A DNA stretch of 64,000 bases, from assembly GCA_001303585.1 (NCBI GenBank), contig LJTT01000018.1, positions 12,810 through 76,809 on the forward strand, given 5' to 3'. Below, one piece after another: positions 52,241 through 62,062 of this stretch. Source of the DNA: Betaproteobacteria bacterium SG8_41 (GTDB taxonomy: Bacteria; Pseudomonadota; Gammaproteobacteria; Burkholderiales; SG8-41). The first letter of the stretch is position 1. Each line of letters begins with the position of its first letter. The notes below the pieces were generated by a model, which worked only from the letters and a program-made list of their open reading frames with translations, was not told where the DNA came from and made no database searches. Made by a program: the position numbers and the translations under genes.

Positions 52241-52765
52241 ATGCTTTCAAACCGTTCCCTGCGACGCCTGCTGGTCGCGGCGATTCTAGCATGCGCGGCA
52301 ACCGCCTTCTCGGCGCAAAGCACGGGGCATTTGCCGCGGGCCGACGATTTCGAGATGCTGGCCAAGGAAGCACGAGCGCGGCGCGTGCCGGTCATGATCG
52401 CCTTCGTTCGGGAATCCTGCCCCTATTGCGCGATCGCCAAGCGCGATTTTCTCGTTCCAATGCACCGCGACGCCAAGCTGCAAGACCGCGTCATCATCCG
52501 CGAAGTGGACATCGACCGGCACGCCGAATTGCGCGACTTCAGCGGCAAGGCAATTTCTCCGGTGGAGTTCTCGCGGCATTATCGCGTCAAGCGCGTTCCC
52601 ACGATCGTCGTGGTGGGCTACCGCGGCGAACAGCTGGCGCCGCCCGTCGTCGGGCTTCTAGTGGAGGATTTCTACGGCTTCTACCTAGAGCAAGCCGTTG
52701 AGACAGGGCTGAAAAAGCTGCGTGCAGCGCCGGATCAGCGGCGCTCGGGCGCCGCCTCGCGTTGA
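52241..52765 (+). CDS. Secreted thioredoxin-fold protein (CPYC motif)
   Basis: Signal peptide, then a CxxC thioredoxin-like fold (SCPYC ... VPTIVV). Confidence 0.7.
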   Translation: MLSNRSLRRLLVAAILACAATAFSAQSTGHLPRADDFEMLAKEARARRVPVMIAFVRESCPYCAIAKRDFLVPMHRDAKLQDRVIIREVDIDRHAELRDFSGKAISPVEFSRHYRVKRVPTIVVVGYRGEQLAPPVVGLLVEDFYGFYLEQAVETGLKKLRAAPDQRRSGAASR

Positions 52766-53352
52766 CGTCGCTCCACCGCTTTCCGGTAGCCCGCCAGCTC
52801 AAAGGACACGAACAAAAGACTCTCGCCGCTGTACGCAGCAATTGTAGAATCGGCGTTGCGCCAATGGTAAGACGCAAAGGCGCCAGTCGTCGCCGCCCTG
52901 GTCTCCCTCGGCGCGCCGTGTTCCTGGCGCAGCGCCGCCATAACCGATTCGATCTCCGCGATGTCCGCGGTAATCGAGAACTGTTGCAGGACCCCGTCAA
53001 GGAATTGCAGGCGGATCTCGCGAGTTGGCGTGTCGCCCACCTTCTCGTCGTGCGACACGCAGGCGACCTCGGCATAAGGGTCTTCGCGCCGCATGCAGCC
53101 ATAGCCGCGCCGGCCGAGATCGGGCCTGGCCGCCTTCGCTGCAAGCTGCCGGTCCAGCGCGGCGTGAATGTCACGGAAGTCGAGCGCGCGCGCGAGCTCG
53201 TCGAACGATGCGCCAAGATGGATGTTTCCGAAGCCATACGGGTCCGCCGCTGCCACCGCCGAAACCCCGAATGCCAGAGCGATTGCGGCGCCGAGCCGGC
53301 GCAGCTTCCGGTGCGTCGTGATTTGTGGTTCGTGATGGGACTTCAGGTGCAC
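52735..53352 (-). CDS. Hypothetical secreted protein downstream of algR
   Basis: Signal peptide RRLGAAIALAFGVSAVAAA, balanced composition, and no recognisable domain; GTG start. Confidence 0.5.
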   Translation of the reverse strand: MHLKSHHEPQITTHRKLRRLGAAIALAFGVSAVAAADPYGFGNIHLGASFDELARALDFRDIHAALDRQLAAKAARPDLGRRGYGCMRREDPYAEVACVSHDEKVGDTPTREIRLQFLDGVLQQFSITADIAEIESVMAALRQEHGAPRETRAATTGAFASYHWRNADSTIAAYSGESLLFVSFELAGYRKAVERRQREAAPERR

Positions 53353-53375
53353 TTCCGGTGCGTCCGCGCGGGTCC

Positions 53376-53403
53376 GGTCACGGGCAGCGGTCGCGGGTCA
53401 CGA
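53376..53403. repeat. Heptamer array ggtcacg ggcagcg gtcgcgg gtcacga
   Basis: Read directly; lies between the algR stop and the downstream ORF. Confidence 0.65.
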
Positions 53404-53414
53404 CCCTCATCCAC

Positions 53415-54176
53415 TCAGCGGAAGAACTCCCGCATCACATGCTGCTGGCGCCGGCTCACCGGGAGTTTTTCCTCGATGCCATTTAGCACCACCACCCAGC
53501 GCGCTTCGCCGTTCTCGGCCGCGCGCTCAAAGCCGCGAATGGCACCGCGCGCAACAAGGCAGTTGCGATGCACTCGCACGAATCGTTCCCCGTACTCCTC
53601 CTCGAGCCTGCTCAGTGATTCCTCGATCAGGTGCTCGCCCCTGGCGGTGCGCACAGTCACGTACTTCAGCTCGGCCTTCAGGTACACAATGTCCCCGATC
53701 GGGATGAGCTCGATTTTGCCCCGCTCCTGCGCGCTCAGGTGCGCGCGCGGCGCGCGCTGCAGCTCGCGGAGCGCCTCCGGCCGTAGCGGGCGAGCGGTTC
53801 GTACCCGGGCCAGCGCCTCCTTTAGGCGCGCCGCGCGAATCGGCTTGAGCAGGTAGTCGACCGCGTTCACCTCGAATGCCTTCAGCGCATACGCATCGTA
53901 GGCGGTGGCAAAAATCACCGCTGGAGGCCGGTCCAGCTTCAGCAGGTGCTGTGCAAGTTCGATGCCGTCCATCTCAGGCATGCGCACATCCAGCAGAACG
54001 ACGTCGCAGGGCACTCGCTCCAGCAGTTCGAGCGCGGCGCGCCCGCTTGCCGCTTCGCCGGCGATCTCGAGCGGGAACTCTTGCGCGCAATCAGCGAGCA
54101 CATCGTGCATGCGGGAGCGTGCCGGCGCCTCGTCGTCCACAATCAGCACGCATAGCGGTTTGGGAGCGTCACTCAT
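53415..54176 (-). CDS. algR: LytTR-family response regulator (AlgR-like)
   Basis: REC domain (VLIVDDE) plus a LytTR DNA-binding domain. The argH-algZ-algR-hemC synteny matches Pseudomonas. Confidence 0.85.
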   Translation of the reverse strand: MSDAPKPLCVLIVDDEAPARSRMHDVLADCAQEFPLEIAGEAASGRAALELLERVPCDVVLLDVRMPEMDGIELAQHLLKLDRPPAVIFATAYDAYALKAFEVNAVDYLLKPIRAARLKEALARVRTARPLRPEALRELQRAPRAHLSAQERGKIELIPIGDIVYLKAELKYVTVRTARGEHLIEESLSRLEEEYGERFVRVHRNCLVARGAIRGFERAAENGEARWVVVLNGIEEKLPVSRRQQHVMREFFR

Positions 54177-54193
54177 GGCTCACGACTCACTCA

Positions 54194-55213
54194 TCACGAA
54201 TCACCACCTTTGACGTAGGGCATGGCAATGTGCACCTGATAGGTATCATCGCCGACGCGTGTATCGAGTGTCGCCTCGGCGTCGAAGTGCAGCTGCAGGC
54301 GCTCGCGGATATTGGCAAGCGCCATTTTGTTGCCGGCGTGATGCCCGCCATCGTGGCGATACGGGTTGCGCAGAACCGCGTGCACCTGCCCGCGGGCGCC
54401 ATAGATGTCAATGCTGACCACACCGGGCTCGACCCGCGGCTCGATGCCGTGGTAGACGGCGTTCTCCAGCAGCGGCTGGAGCACCAGCGGGGGCACCAGC
54501 GCATCGGCCGGCATTTTATCGATATGCCACTCGATCTGGAGCCGCTCGCCCAGGCGCAACTGCTCGAGCTCGAGGTATTGCCGGCACAGGTCCACCTCGC
54601 GAGCCAGCGGCGACAGGCTGCGATTGTCGGCCATCAGCACGCGGAAGAGGTCGGCCATGTCCTCGAGCGCAGCCTCGGCCCGCTTCGGGTTCTGGCGAAT
54701 GAGCGAAAGCACCGCGTTGATGCTGTTGAACAGAAAGTGCGGCCGGATGCGCGCCTGCAGCGCCTGAAGCCGCGCCTCGGTGAAGGCCGGCGACAGGGCA
54801 CGCCCCCGCAGGTCGAAATACACCAGAAGCGCGCCCGTCGCCAATGCGACCAGCGCCCAGTAACGCATCAGCGGCGCAGGCTTGTCCGCGAGCAGGGGCT
54901 GGCCAAAAGTGTAGAGCAGCGTGGTCAGCACGAGCTCGATGGCAAGTACCGCGAGCACGCCAAGGTAATAGGGCAGACGCTTCAACAAGTCATTCAGCGC
55001 GACAAGCGCAACCACGCTGAGGATCAGCAGTGGCTGCACGACCGCAGAAAGCTCCAGCAGGACGTTCCAGAGCTGGCGCAGGTCGCTCGTCTGCACGATC
55101 GCCGCAGCCAGCGCCATCACGTTGACGATGACGACGATACGCAGGGCGATACCGAGATTGCGGAAGTTCGGCAAGGCGCCTGAGTAGGCGTTTTGATTTA
55201 TACTTCTCGCCAT
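54194..55213 (-). CDS. algZ: LytS/AlgZ(FimS)-type sensor histidine kinase
   Basis: N-terminal 4 TM helices, then a His_kinase (LytS-type) domain (RPHFLFNSIN) and an ATPase domain. Confidence 0.8.
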   Translation of the reverse strand: MARSINQNAYSGALPNFRNLGIALRIVVIVNVMALAAAIVQTSDLRQLWNVLLELSAVVQPLLILSVVALVALNDLLKRLPYYLGVLAVLAIELVLTTLLYTFGQPLLADKPAPLMRYWALVALATGALLVYFDLRGRALSPAFTEARLQALQARIRPHFLFNSINAVLSLIRQNPKRAEAALEDMADLFRVLMADNRSLSPLAREVDLCRQYLELEQLRLGERLQIEWHIDKMPADALVPPLVLQPLLENAVYHGIEPRVEPGVVSIDIYGARGQVHAVLRNPYRHDGGHHAGNKMALANIRERLQLHFDAEATLDTRVGDDTYQVHIAMPYVKGGDS

Positions 55214-55360
55214 GCGCTATCTGAACGATGACACCTTGAGCGTTTCCCTGCCGCCATCAGTGCGCCCTGTCCGTATTTGAAAGGCCTGTTGCGCTGCCGC
55301 GCAGCGCGCGCTTGAAGCCCATCGAGACTCCCCAGAACGCTGTAGATTCTAACAGCCAGC

Positions 55361-56755
55361 ATGTCCGCAAACGACAAACCCCACAACAAGCCGTGGTCGG
55401 GCCGGTTCTCCGAGCCGGCGACCGAGCTCGTGCAGCGTTTCACAGCTTCCGTTTCCTTTGACCAGCGGCTTGCCGAGTATGACATCGAGGGCTCGCTCGC
55501 CCACGCGCGGATGCTGAGGGCAGTTGGCGTGATCGGCAAGGACGATCTTGCCGAAATCGAGAAGGGGCTCGCGCAGATCCGCACGGAGATCCAGTCCGGC
55601 GCGTTCCCCTGGTCCGAGGCGCACGAGGACGTCCACTTCAATATCGAGCGTCGGCTGATCGAGCTCGCCGGCGAGCCGGGCAAGCGGCTTCACACCGCCC
55701 GCTCGCGCAACGACCAGGTGGCTACCGACGTGCGGCTTTTTGTGCGCGCGGCGATCGACGATTCGCTCGGGCTCATCAAAGGCCTGCAGCGCGCGCTGCT
55801 CGACCTGGCCGATGCGCACACCGAGACGGTGATGCCGGGGTTCACCCACATGCAGGTGGCGCAGCCTGTTTCGTTTGCGCATCACCTCATGGCCTATTTC
55901 GAGATGTTCTCGCGGGACGCGCAGCGGCTCAGCGACTGCCGCAAGCGCGTGAACCGCCTGCCGCTCGGGGCCGCCGCGCTGGCCGGCAGCTCGTTCCCCA
56001 TCGATCGCCAGGCCGTCGCAAAAGAGCTGGGTTTCGATGGCGTCTGCGAGAACTCGATCGATGCCGTCTCCGATCGCGATTTTGCGATCGAGTTCTGCGC
56101 CAGTGCGGCGCTTATCGCTATGCACCTTTCGCGCTTTTGCGAGGAACTCATTCTGTGGACGAATCCCCGTTTTGGTTTCGTCGAGCTTGCCGATCGCTTC
56201 TGCACCGGCTCTTCCATCATGCCGCAAAAAAAGAATCCCGACGTGGCCGAGTTGATCCGCGGCAAGACGGGGCGCGTAAACGGCCACCTCGTCGCGCTGC
56301 TGACGCTCATGAAGGCACAGCCGCTCGCCTACAATCGCGACAACCAGGAGGACAAGGAGCCGCTCTTCGATGCGGTCGACACCTTGACCATGTGCCTCGC
56401 GGTCTTCTCGCAGCTGCTGTCGGGCATCGAGGTGAATCGCGAGGCGATGGCAAATGCCGCGCGTCAGGGGCACGCGACTGCCACCGATCTCGCAGAGTAC
56501 CTGGTTCGCAAGGGGATGCCGTTCCGCGAGGCACACGAGGCGGTTTCACAGGCAGTGCGCTTCGCGGAAGGCCGTGGCTGCGAGCTCGCAGAACTGAAAC
56601 TCGCCGAGCTGCAAAAATTCGCGCCGGCCGCCGGCAAGGACGTTTTTGCGGCGTTGACCCTCGAGGGCTCGCTCAAATCGCGCACCCACATCGGCGGGAC
56701 GGCGCCCGCTCGCGTCAAAGCAGCGATCGTGAAAGCGCGCAAAACGCTTGGCTAG
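55361..56755 (+). CDS. argH: Argininosuccinate lyase
   Basis: 464 aa with [20 protein letters not shown] signatures. Confidence 0.97.
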   Translation: MSANDKPHNKPWSGRFSEPATELVQRFTASVSFDQRLAEYDIEGSLAHARMLRAVGVIGKDDLAEIEKGLAQIRTEIQSGAFPWSEAHEDVHFNIERRLIELAGEPGKRLHTARSRNDQVATDVRLFVRAAIDDSLGLIKGLQRALLDLADAHTETVMPGFTHMQVAQPVSFAHHLMAYFEMFSRDAQRLSDCRKRVNRLPLGAAALAGSSFPIDRQAVAKELGFDGVCENSIDAVSDRDFAIEFCASAALIAMHLSRFCEELILWTNPRFGFVELADRFCTGSSIMPQKKNPDVAELIRGKTGRVNGHLVALLTLMKAQPLAYNRDNQEDKEPLFDAVDTLTMCLAVFSQLLSGIEVNREAMANAARQGHATATDLAEYLVRKGMPFREAHEAVSQAVRFAEGRGCELAELKLAELQKFAPAAGKDVFAALTLEGSLKSRTHIGGTAPARVKAAIVKARKTLG

Positions 56756-56876
56756 AATATAGCCGTTGATGAACGCCGATAGGAATCTGCCCTAGATTCG
56801 ATTTAGAAACCGTTTCGGTTCGGATCTTCGGTTGTACATCGGCGTGCATCGGCGGTTTCATTCAGGCTCTTGACCC

Positions 56877-57758
56877 ATGGATCCCTGGCGCGACATCGAG
56901 GCGGCGATCCGCGAGGCATCGGGCGAACCCTTCGCGATCGAATCCCGTGACGGTGTGGGGGGCGGCTGCATCAATGAGAGCTACGTCGTCCGCGGCCAGG
57001 GGCTTGCCTTCTTCGTCAAGCTGAACGCCTCGGACCGGCTATCGATGTTCGAGGCCGAAGCGGACGGTCTCAATGAGATCGCGCGCTCGAACACCGTGCG
57101 CGTCCCGCGCCCGCTTTGCCACGGCACCGGCGCGGGCGCCAGCTGGCTCGTGCTCGAGCATATCGAGCTGGGTTGTCCCAGCAGCCGCGGCATGGAGGAG
57201 CTTGGCCGCAGGCTCGCCGCGATGCACCGCGTCACGGCGGCGCGCGCCGGCTGGCACCGCGACAACACGATCGGCGCCACACCCCAGATCAACACACCAA
57301 GCGCAGACTGGATCGCGTTCTGGCGCGAGCACCGGCTGGGCTTTCAGCTGCGGCTCGCCCGCGAGAACGGCCACCGCGGCCGCCTGCTGGCGCAAGGTGA
57401 GCAGCTGCTCGAGCGGCTGCCGGCCTTCTTTTCCGGCCATGCGCCGCCCCCGTCATTGCTGCACGGCGACCTGTGGTCGGGTAATGCCGCTTTCATGCAG
57501 GATGGCCCGCCGGTCATCTTCGATCCTGCGGTTTATTACGGGGACCGCGAGGCCGACATTGCGATGACCGAGCTATTCGGGGGCTTTTCAACGGATTTCT
57601 ACCGCGCGTACGACGAGGCCAATGCACTGGACGCGGGCTACGCGACGCGCAGGCAGCTCTACAATCTATATCACGTGCTCAACCACCTCAATCTGTTCGG
57701 TGGCGGCTATCGCGCTCAGGCCGAGCGCATGATCGACGAGTTGCTCGCCGAGACGTAA
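56877..57758 (+). CDS. Fructosamine/ketosamine-3-kinase family protein
   Basis: 293 aa; GGGCINESY and HGDLWSGN motifs. Confidence 0.9.
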   Translation: MDPWRDIEAAIREASGEPFAIESRDGVGGGCINESYVVRGQGLAFFVKLNASDRLSMFEAEADGLNEIARSNTVRVPRPLCHGTGAGASWLVLEHIELGCPSSRGMEELGRRLAAMHRVTAARAGWHRDNTIGATPQINTPSADWIAFWREHRLGFQLRLARENGHRGRLLAQGEQLLERLPAFFSGHAPPPSLLHGDLWSGNAAFMQDGPPVIFDPAVYYGDREADIAMTELFGGFSTDFYRAYDEANALDAGYATRRQLYNLYHVLNHLNLFGGGYRAQAERMIDELLAET

Positions 57759-57781
57759 GAAGCAGCACGCAGTGCTCCCCT

Positions 57782-57851
57782 CGCCTCTCGCGTCTCGCGT
57801 CTCCTCACTCATCATTCATCATTCAAAATTCGTAACCGGCCGCCGGTCACG
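57782..57851. repeat. About 10 consecutive 7-bp units (cgcctct cgcgtct cgcgtct cctcact catcatt catcatt caaaatt cgtaacc ggccgcc ggtcacg) filling a convergent spacer
   Basis: Read directly. The last unit contains the LacI-family gene stop codon. Confidence 0.8.
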
Positions 57852-58878
57852 ACTTCGGGGGCGGCGCGCTCGAGCCACGCACGACCAGCTCGACCGGCAG
57901 CTCCACGCACGGCTCGAACGGCTCACCCGCAAGCCGCGCGATGAGATGCTGCGCCGCATAGGCCCCCAGTTCCGCTGTCGGAAAATGCACCGTGGTCAGT
58001 CCCGGCGTAATGGCCGCCGCAATCTCCATGTCGTCGAAACCGGTGAGGGAGAGGTCACCCGGCACAGCCAGACCGAGTGCGTGGCATTCGGCGAGCGCCC
58101 CGATGGCCAGGACGTCGTTGCCGCAAATCACGGCGGTTGGCCGTGGCGCTGCCTCCAGCAGCTCGCGCATGCCCTCGCGCCCGCCGCTTAGCGTATAGGG
58201 TTTCTCGACGAAGCGGCCCGGCCCCAGACGCAGGCCGTGAGCCGCAAGCGCTTCCCGCACCCCTTCGACCCGATCGCGCGCGCGCTCGTTGCCCGCCATG
58301 ATCCCGGAGACCATGGCGAATTCATGGTGGCCGAGTTCGAGCAGGTGGCGCGCCATGCGGATGGCCGCTGCGCGGCTGTCGAATCCGATGCATGGATGCC
58401 GCCCGCTGGCATCGAGCGCCCACGTGAGCACGTAGGGAACCTGGTGGGTATGGATCATGCGGAACACGCTGGGGTGATGAGAGGTGCCGAGCAGCACCAG
58501 CCCGTCGACACCGCGTTCGATTAGCGCCTGCGTGACACGGGCCTCCACCTCGGCATCAAATTCGTGGCTTGCGACGAGCAGCGTGTAGCCCGCGTCATCG
58601 AGTGTCTTCTGCAGTGCATGCGTAGTGTTGGCGAAGATCGCGTTGTCGAGCGTCGGGATCACCGCCCCGATCGTGCGCGTTCTCCGCGAGGCCAGCGCGC
58701 GCGCCGCGCCGTGAGCGACATATCCGAGCTCCTGCACGGCCTGGCGAATCCGCGCGGCAGTGGCGGGTTTCACCTTGTCGGGCCGCGTCAGGGCGCGCGA
58801 GACCGTGGCCGTCGAGACCCTGGCAAGCCGCGCCACGTCGGCAAGCTTGGCGGCTTTGTGCTGCGAACTCGATTTCAA
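57847..58878 (-). CDS. LacI-family transcriptional regulator
   Basis: N-terminal HTH KLADVARLARVSTATVSRAL plus a periplasmic-binding-protein-like core; TTG start. Confidence 0.9.
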   Translation of the reverse strand: MKSSSQHKAAKLADVARLARVSTATVSRALTRPDKVKPATAARIRQAVQELGYVAHGAARALASRRTRTIGAVIPTLDNAIFANTTHALQKTLDDAGYTLLVASHEFDAEVEARVTQALIERGVDGLVLLGTSHHPSVFRMIHTHQVPYVLTWALDASGRHPCIGFDSRAAAIRMARHLLELGHHEFAMVSGIMAGNERARDRVEGVREALAAHGLRLGPGRFVEKPYTLSGGREGMRELLEAAPRPTAVICGNDVLAIGALAECHALGLAVPGDLSLTGFDDMEIAAAITPGLTTVHFPTAELGAYAAQHLIARLAGEPFEPCVELPVELVVRGSSAPPPKS

Positions 58879-58929
58879 ACGGATAGCCTCTTGGGAAGCC
58901 GCAAAAGCCTAGCAACTTGATTGCCGCCG

Positions 58930-58943
58930 TGCAAGCGCTTTCA
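58930..58943. promoter_or_regulatory. LacI-type operator TGCAAGCGCTTTCA
   Basis: 12/14 palindromic and fits the TGnAAnCGnTTnCA pattern. It lies between the divergent LacI gene and the 1012-aa gene. A 16-nt identical copy lies at 63924. Confidence 0.55.
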
Positions 58944-58972
58944 TTCCAGCGAGGATTTCCGCTGATCAACCG

Positions 58973-61900
58973 TTGAACTGCTACACTCGGGCGGCGGTCG
59001 CCGCGGCGCCCGCGCCAGCAACCGACACGACGCCCACCTTGACCACACCGCGCGCGATTCCTCAGCCCTGGGCGCTCGGTCTCCTCTTTGCGGTTTTCAC
59101 GCTCTCGGGATTTGCCGGGCTCATCTACGAATCCATCTGGAGCCACTACCTCAAGCTCTTCCTCGGTCACGCCGGCTATGCGCAGACGCTGGTGCTCGCG
59201 ATCTTCATGGGCGGGATGGCTGGCGGCGCCGGGCTTGCGGGTCGCTACTCGCGCAACTGGCGAAATCTGCTGCTCGGCTACGCCCTGGTCGAGGCAGTGG
59301 TCGGGATTTTCGCCCTCGCGTTCCATCCCGTCTTCATCGCCGCAACCACCGCAGCATTCGAACGCTTTCTTCCGGCGCTCGGAACGCCGGCGGCGGCAGC
59401 GCTGGTGAAGTGGCTGCTGGGAGCGGCACTCATCCTGCCGCAGTCGGTTCTGCTTGGGATGACGTTCCCCCTGATGAGCGCGGGCCTCATCCGGCGTTAT
59501 CCTGGCGCGCCGGGGTTTGCGCTCTCGATGCTGTATTTCACCAACAGCCTCGGTGCCAGTGTGGGCGTGCTCGTGGCCGGTTTCGTCCTGATCGATCGCT
59601 TCGGACTGCCGGGCACGGTCCAGTTCGCCGGCATGATGAATCTGGCGCTCGCCGCGGCGATGGTCCTGCTCGCGCGGGGCGCGGCACCGGAAGCCGCGCC
59701 CATTCGCCCGGCGCCCACGGCCCGACGAGAGCCGGCGTATTTTTATCTTCTGCTCGCGGTGGCTGCGCTGACCGGGGCCGCCTCGTTCATCTACGAGATC
59801 GCCTGGATCCGCATGCTCACGCTCGTGCTGGGCAGTGCCACGCACTCGTTCGAGCTCATGCTGTCAGCCTTCATATTGGGGCTCGCCTGCGGCGGGCTGT
59901 GGATCCGCCGTCGCATCGACCGCCTCTCCGAGCCGCGGCGTTTCCTCGGCTACGTGCAGGTGACGATGGGGCTCGCCGCGATCGCGACGCTGCCTCTTTA
60001 CGGCCAGACATTCGGGCTCATGCAGTGGACGCTCAAGGCAGTGGAGCGCAGCGACAGCGGCTACGCTCTGTTCCACGTCGTGAGCCACGCGCTGTCTCTC
60101 GCCGTCATGTTCCCAGCAGCGTTCTGCGCCGGCATGACGCTGCCGCTCATCACCTACGCGCTGCTCAGACGCGGCCATGGCGAGCGCGCCATCGGTGCGG
60201 TCTATGCCGCCAATACCTTCGGGGCCATTGTCGGCGTCACGCTCGCGGCGCATGCCGGGCTTCCTTGGCTCGGGCTCAAGGGCACGGTACTGGCGGGCGC
60301 CGCCATCGACATCGGGCTGGGTCTCGCGCTGCTGTGGACGGCGGCAGCCGAGCCGCGCCGCTTCGCGGTGGCGGCGAGCGCCGCCACCGCGGTCTTCGTG
60401 CTGGCGCTCGGCGCTTTGCGCCTCGATGCCTACAAGATGATGTCGGGAGTCTACCGATACGGCGAGATCTACAGCGCCGGTGACTCGAGCATCCTGTATT
60501 ACAAGGACGGCCGTACCGCCTCGGTCAGCCTCGTGGATTTCTCCGAGGGCCGCTCGATCCGCACCAACGGCAAGTCCGACGGCGGCGTCAATATGCTCGG
60601 GGGGCGGCTGATCGACGAGACCACCATGACGCTCACGGGTGCGCTGCCGCTCTCGATCAAGCCTGAGGCACGCCATGTTGCGGTAATCGGCATCGGCACC
60701 GGCATCACCACGCACACGCTACTGGGCAGCCTGAGGATCGAGTCCGTGGACACGATCGAAATCGAGCCCGCGATGGTCGAGGCCTCGAGGGGGTTCGCGC
60801 CGCGCAATGCCGCTGCGTTCAATGATTCGCGCAGCCGCATCCACATCGACGACGCGAAAACATTCTTCAGCACACATAACCGCCGCTATGACGTGATCGT
60901 CTCGGAGCCCTCGAACCCCTGGGTCAGCGGCGTCTCGAGTCTCTTTTCCGTCGAGTTCTATCGCGTGGCGCGGCGCCATCTCGCCCCCGACGGCGTCATC
61001 GTCCAATGGCTGCAGCTCTACGAGTTCGACCTCCCTCTGCTCGCCTCGGTCATGCGCGCGCTGGGCGAAGTCTTCCCCGACTACGTCATCTATGCGGCGG
61101 ACGACAACGATCTGCTGGTGGTCGCCGGGCCACCGCGGGTGCTGGCGCGGCCGCTTGCTGACGTCTTTAGCGAGGAAGGCGTCCGGCGCGAGCTGAACGC
61201 AGTCGAGGTGCGTTCGATCGGCGATCTCGAGCTGCGCCGGATTGGCGGCCGGCGTCTATTGCATCCGCTGTTCCTTTCCTACGCCGTGCCCGCGAACTCC
61301 GACTACCGCCCGTACCTCGACCTCAACGCCGCGCGCGCGCGTTTTCTGGAAAGCGAGGCGACGGAAGTTCTGGACCTCGGTGGCATACACGCGCCGCTGC
61401 TGGCGTTAATCGATCCGCAACCAGCGGCGCGCCCCAGCACGCTTCCGGGCGCCAGCTACTACACGAAGGTGGAACGAATGCGCCGGGCGCGCTATGCGCG
61501 GGATTTTCTCCTCGGGGCAGTGCCCGAGCCGGTCAACATCCCCTATTCGTTGCAGAAAGACCTTGAGCTCGTGCAGCTGAGGGTTCTCCGATGCGAGCGC
61601 CCGGAACAATTCGACAGCTGGGTCCATGGGCTCTACCAGATCGGGATGGCAACGATTCCGTACCTGCCGCCGGCAGATGCACGGGCGCTGTGGGACAGGC
61701 TCGCCACGACCGCGTGTCGCGATGCATTGCCCGAGGGTCAAGCGCGGTGGCTCACGCTATTACGCGCTTTGGCGGACCGTGATGCCATAGCGCTGACGAA
61801 CGGCGCCAAGGACCTGCTGGAGAACCCATCACCATCCCTGGAGTCGCGCAAGAGTCGCGATTACCTGATCGCCGTGGCCCTGAGCGGTTATCTGGCACAA

Positions 61901-62011
61901 GGAAAGCGCGCTGAGGCGCGCGCTTTCTGGACGCGTTATGGCCCCCCACTATCAGACAGTGTCAGCCTGGAGTTGCGGCTGTTGCACGCCCACGCGCACC
62001 TCCCCCAGTAA
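58973..62011 (+). CDS. Large fused protein: N-terminal polytopic membrane domain, spermidine-synthase-like methyltransferase fold, and a C-terminal domain of about 330 aa with unknown function
   Basis: The N-terminal LSGFAGLIYESIWSHYL-type multi-TM region is followed by VAVIGIGTGITT...YDVIVSEPSNPWVSG (spermine/spermidine synthase motifs). TTG start; the exact start is uncertain. Confidence 0.8.
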   Translation: MNCYTRAAVAAAPAPATDTTPTLTTPRAIPQPWALGLLFAVFTLSGFAGLIYESIWSHYLKLFLGHAGYAQTLVLAIFMGGMAGGAGLAGRYSRNWRNLLLGYALVEAVVGIFALAFHPVFIAATTAAFERFLPALGTPAAAALVKWLLGAALILPQSVLLGMTFPLMSAGLIRRYPGAPGFALSMLYFTNSLGASVGVLVAGFVLIDRFGLPGTVQFAGMMNLALAAAMVLLARGAAPEAAPIRPAPTARREPAYFYLLLAVAALTGAASFIYEIAWIRMLTLVLGSATHSFELMLSAFILGLACGGLWIRRRIDRLSEPRRFLGYVQVTMGLAAIATLPLYGQTFGLMQWTLKAVERSDSGYALFHVVSHALSLAVMFPAAFCAGMTLPLITYALLRRGHGERAIGAVYAANTFGAIVGVTLAAHAGLPWLGLKGTVLAGAAIDIGLGLALLWTAAAEPRRFAVAASAATAVFVLALGALRLDAYKMMSGVYRYGEIYSAGDSSILYYKDGRTASVSLVDFSEGRSIRTNGKSDGGVNMLGGRLIDETTMTLTGALPLSIKPEARHVAVIGIGTGITTHTLLGSLRIESVDTIEIEPAMVEASRGFAPRNAAAFNDSRSRIHIDDAKTFFSTHNRRYDVIVSEPSNPWVSGVSSLFSVEFYRVARRHLAPDGVIVQWLQLYEFDLPLLASVMRALGEVFPDYVIYAADDNDLLVVAGPPRVLARPLADVFSEEGVRRELNAVEVRSIGDLELRRIGGRRLLHPLFLSYAVPANSDYRPYLDLNAARARFLESEATEVLDLGGIHAPLLALIDPQPAARPSTLPGASYYTKVERMRRARYARDFLLGAVPEPVNIPYSLQKDLELVQLRVLRCERPEQFDSWVHGLYQIGMATIPYLPPADARALWDRLATTACRDALPEGQARWLTLLRALADRDAIALTNGAKDLLENPSPSLESRKSRDYLIAVALSGYLAQGKRAEARAFWTRYGPPLSDSVSLELRLLHAHAHLPQ

Positions 62012-62021
62012 GCGCCCACTA

Positions 62022-62051
62022 ACAGGCGTTTTCCCCCTGGAAAACGCCTGT
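62022..62051. terminator. Perfect 13-bp stem hairpin between convergent genes (candidate bidirectional terminator)
   Basis: acaggcgttttcc-ccct-ggaaaacgcctgt; the arms are exact reverse complements. Confidence 0.6.
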
Positions 62052-62062
62052 GGCTCAGATGG

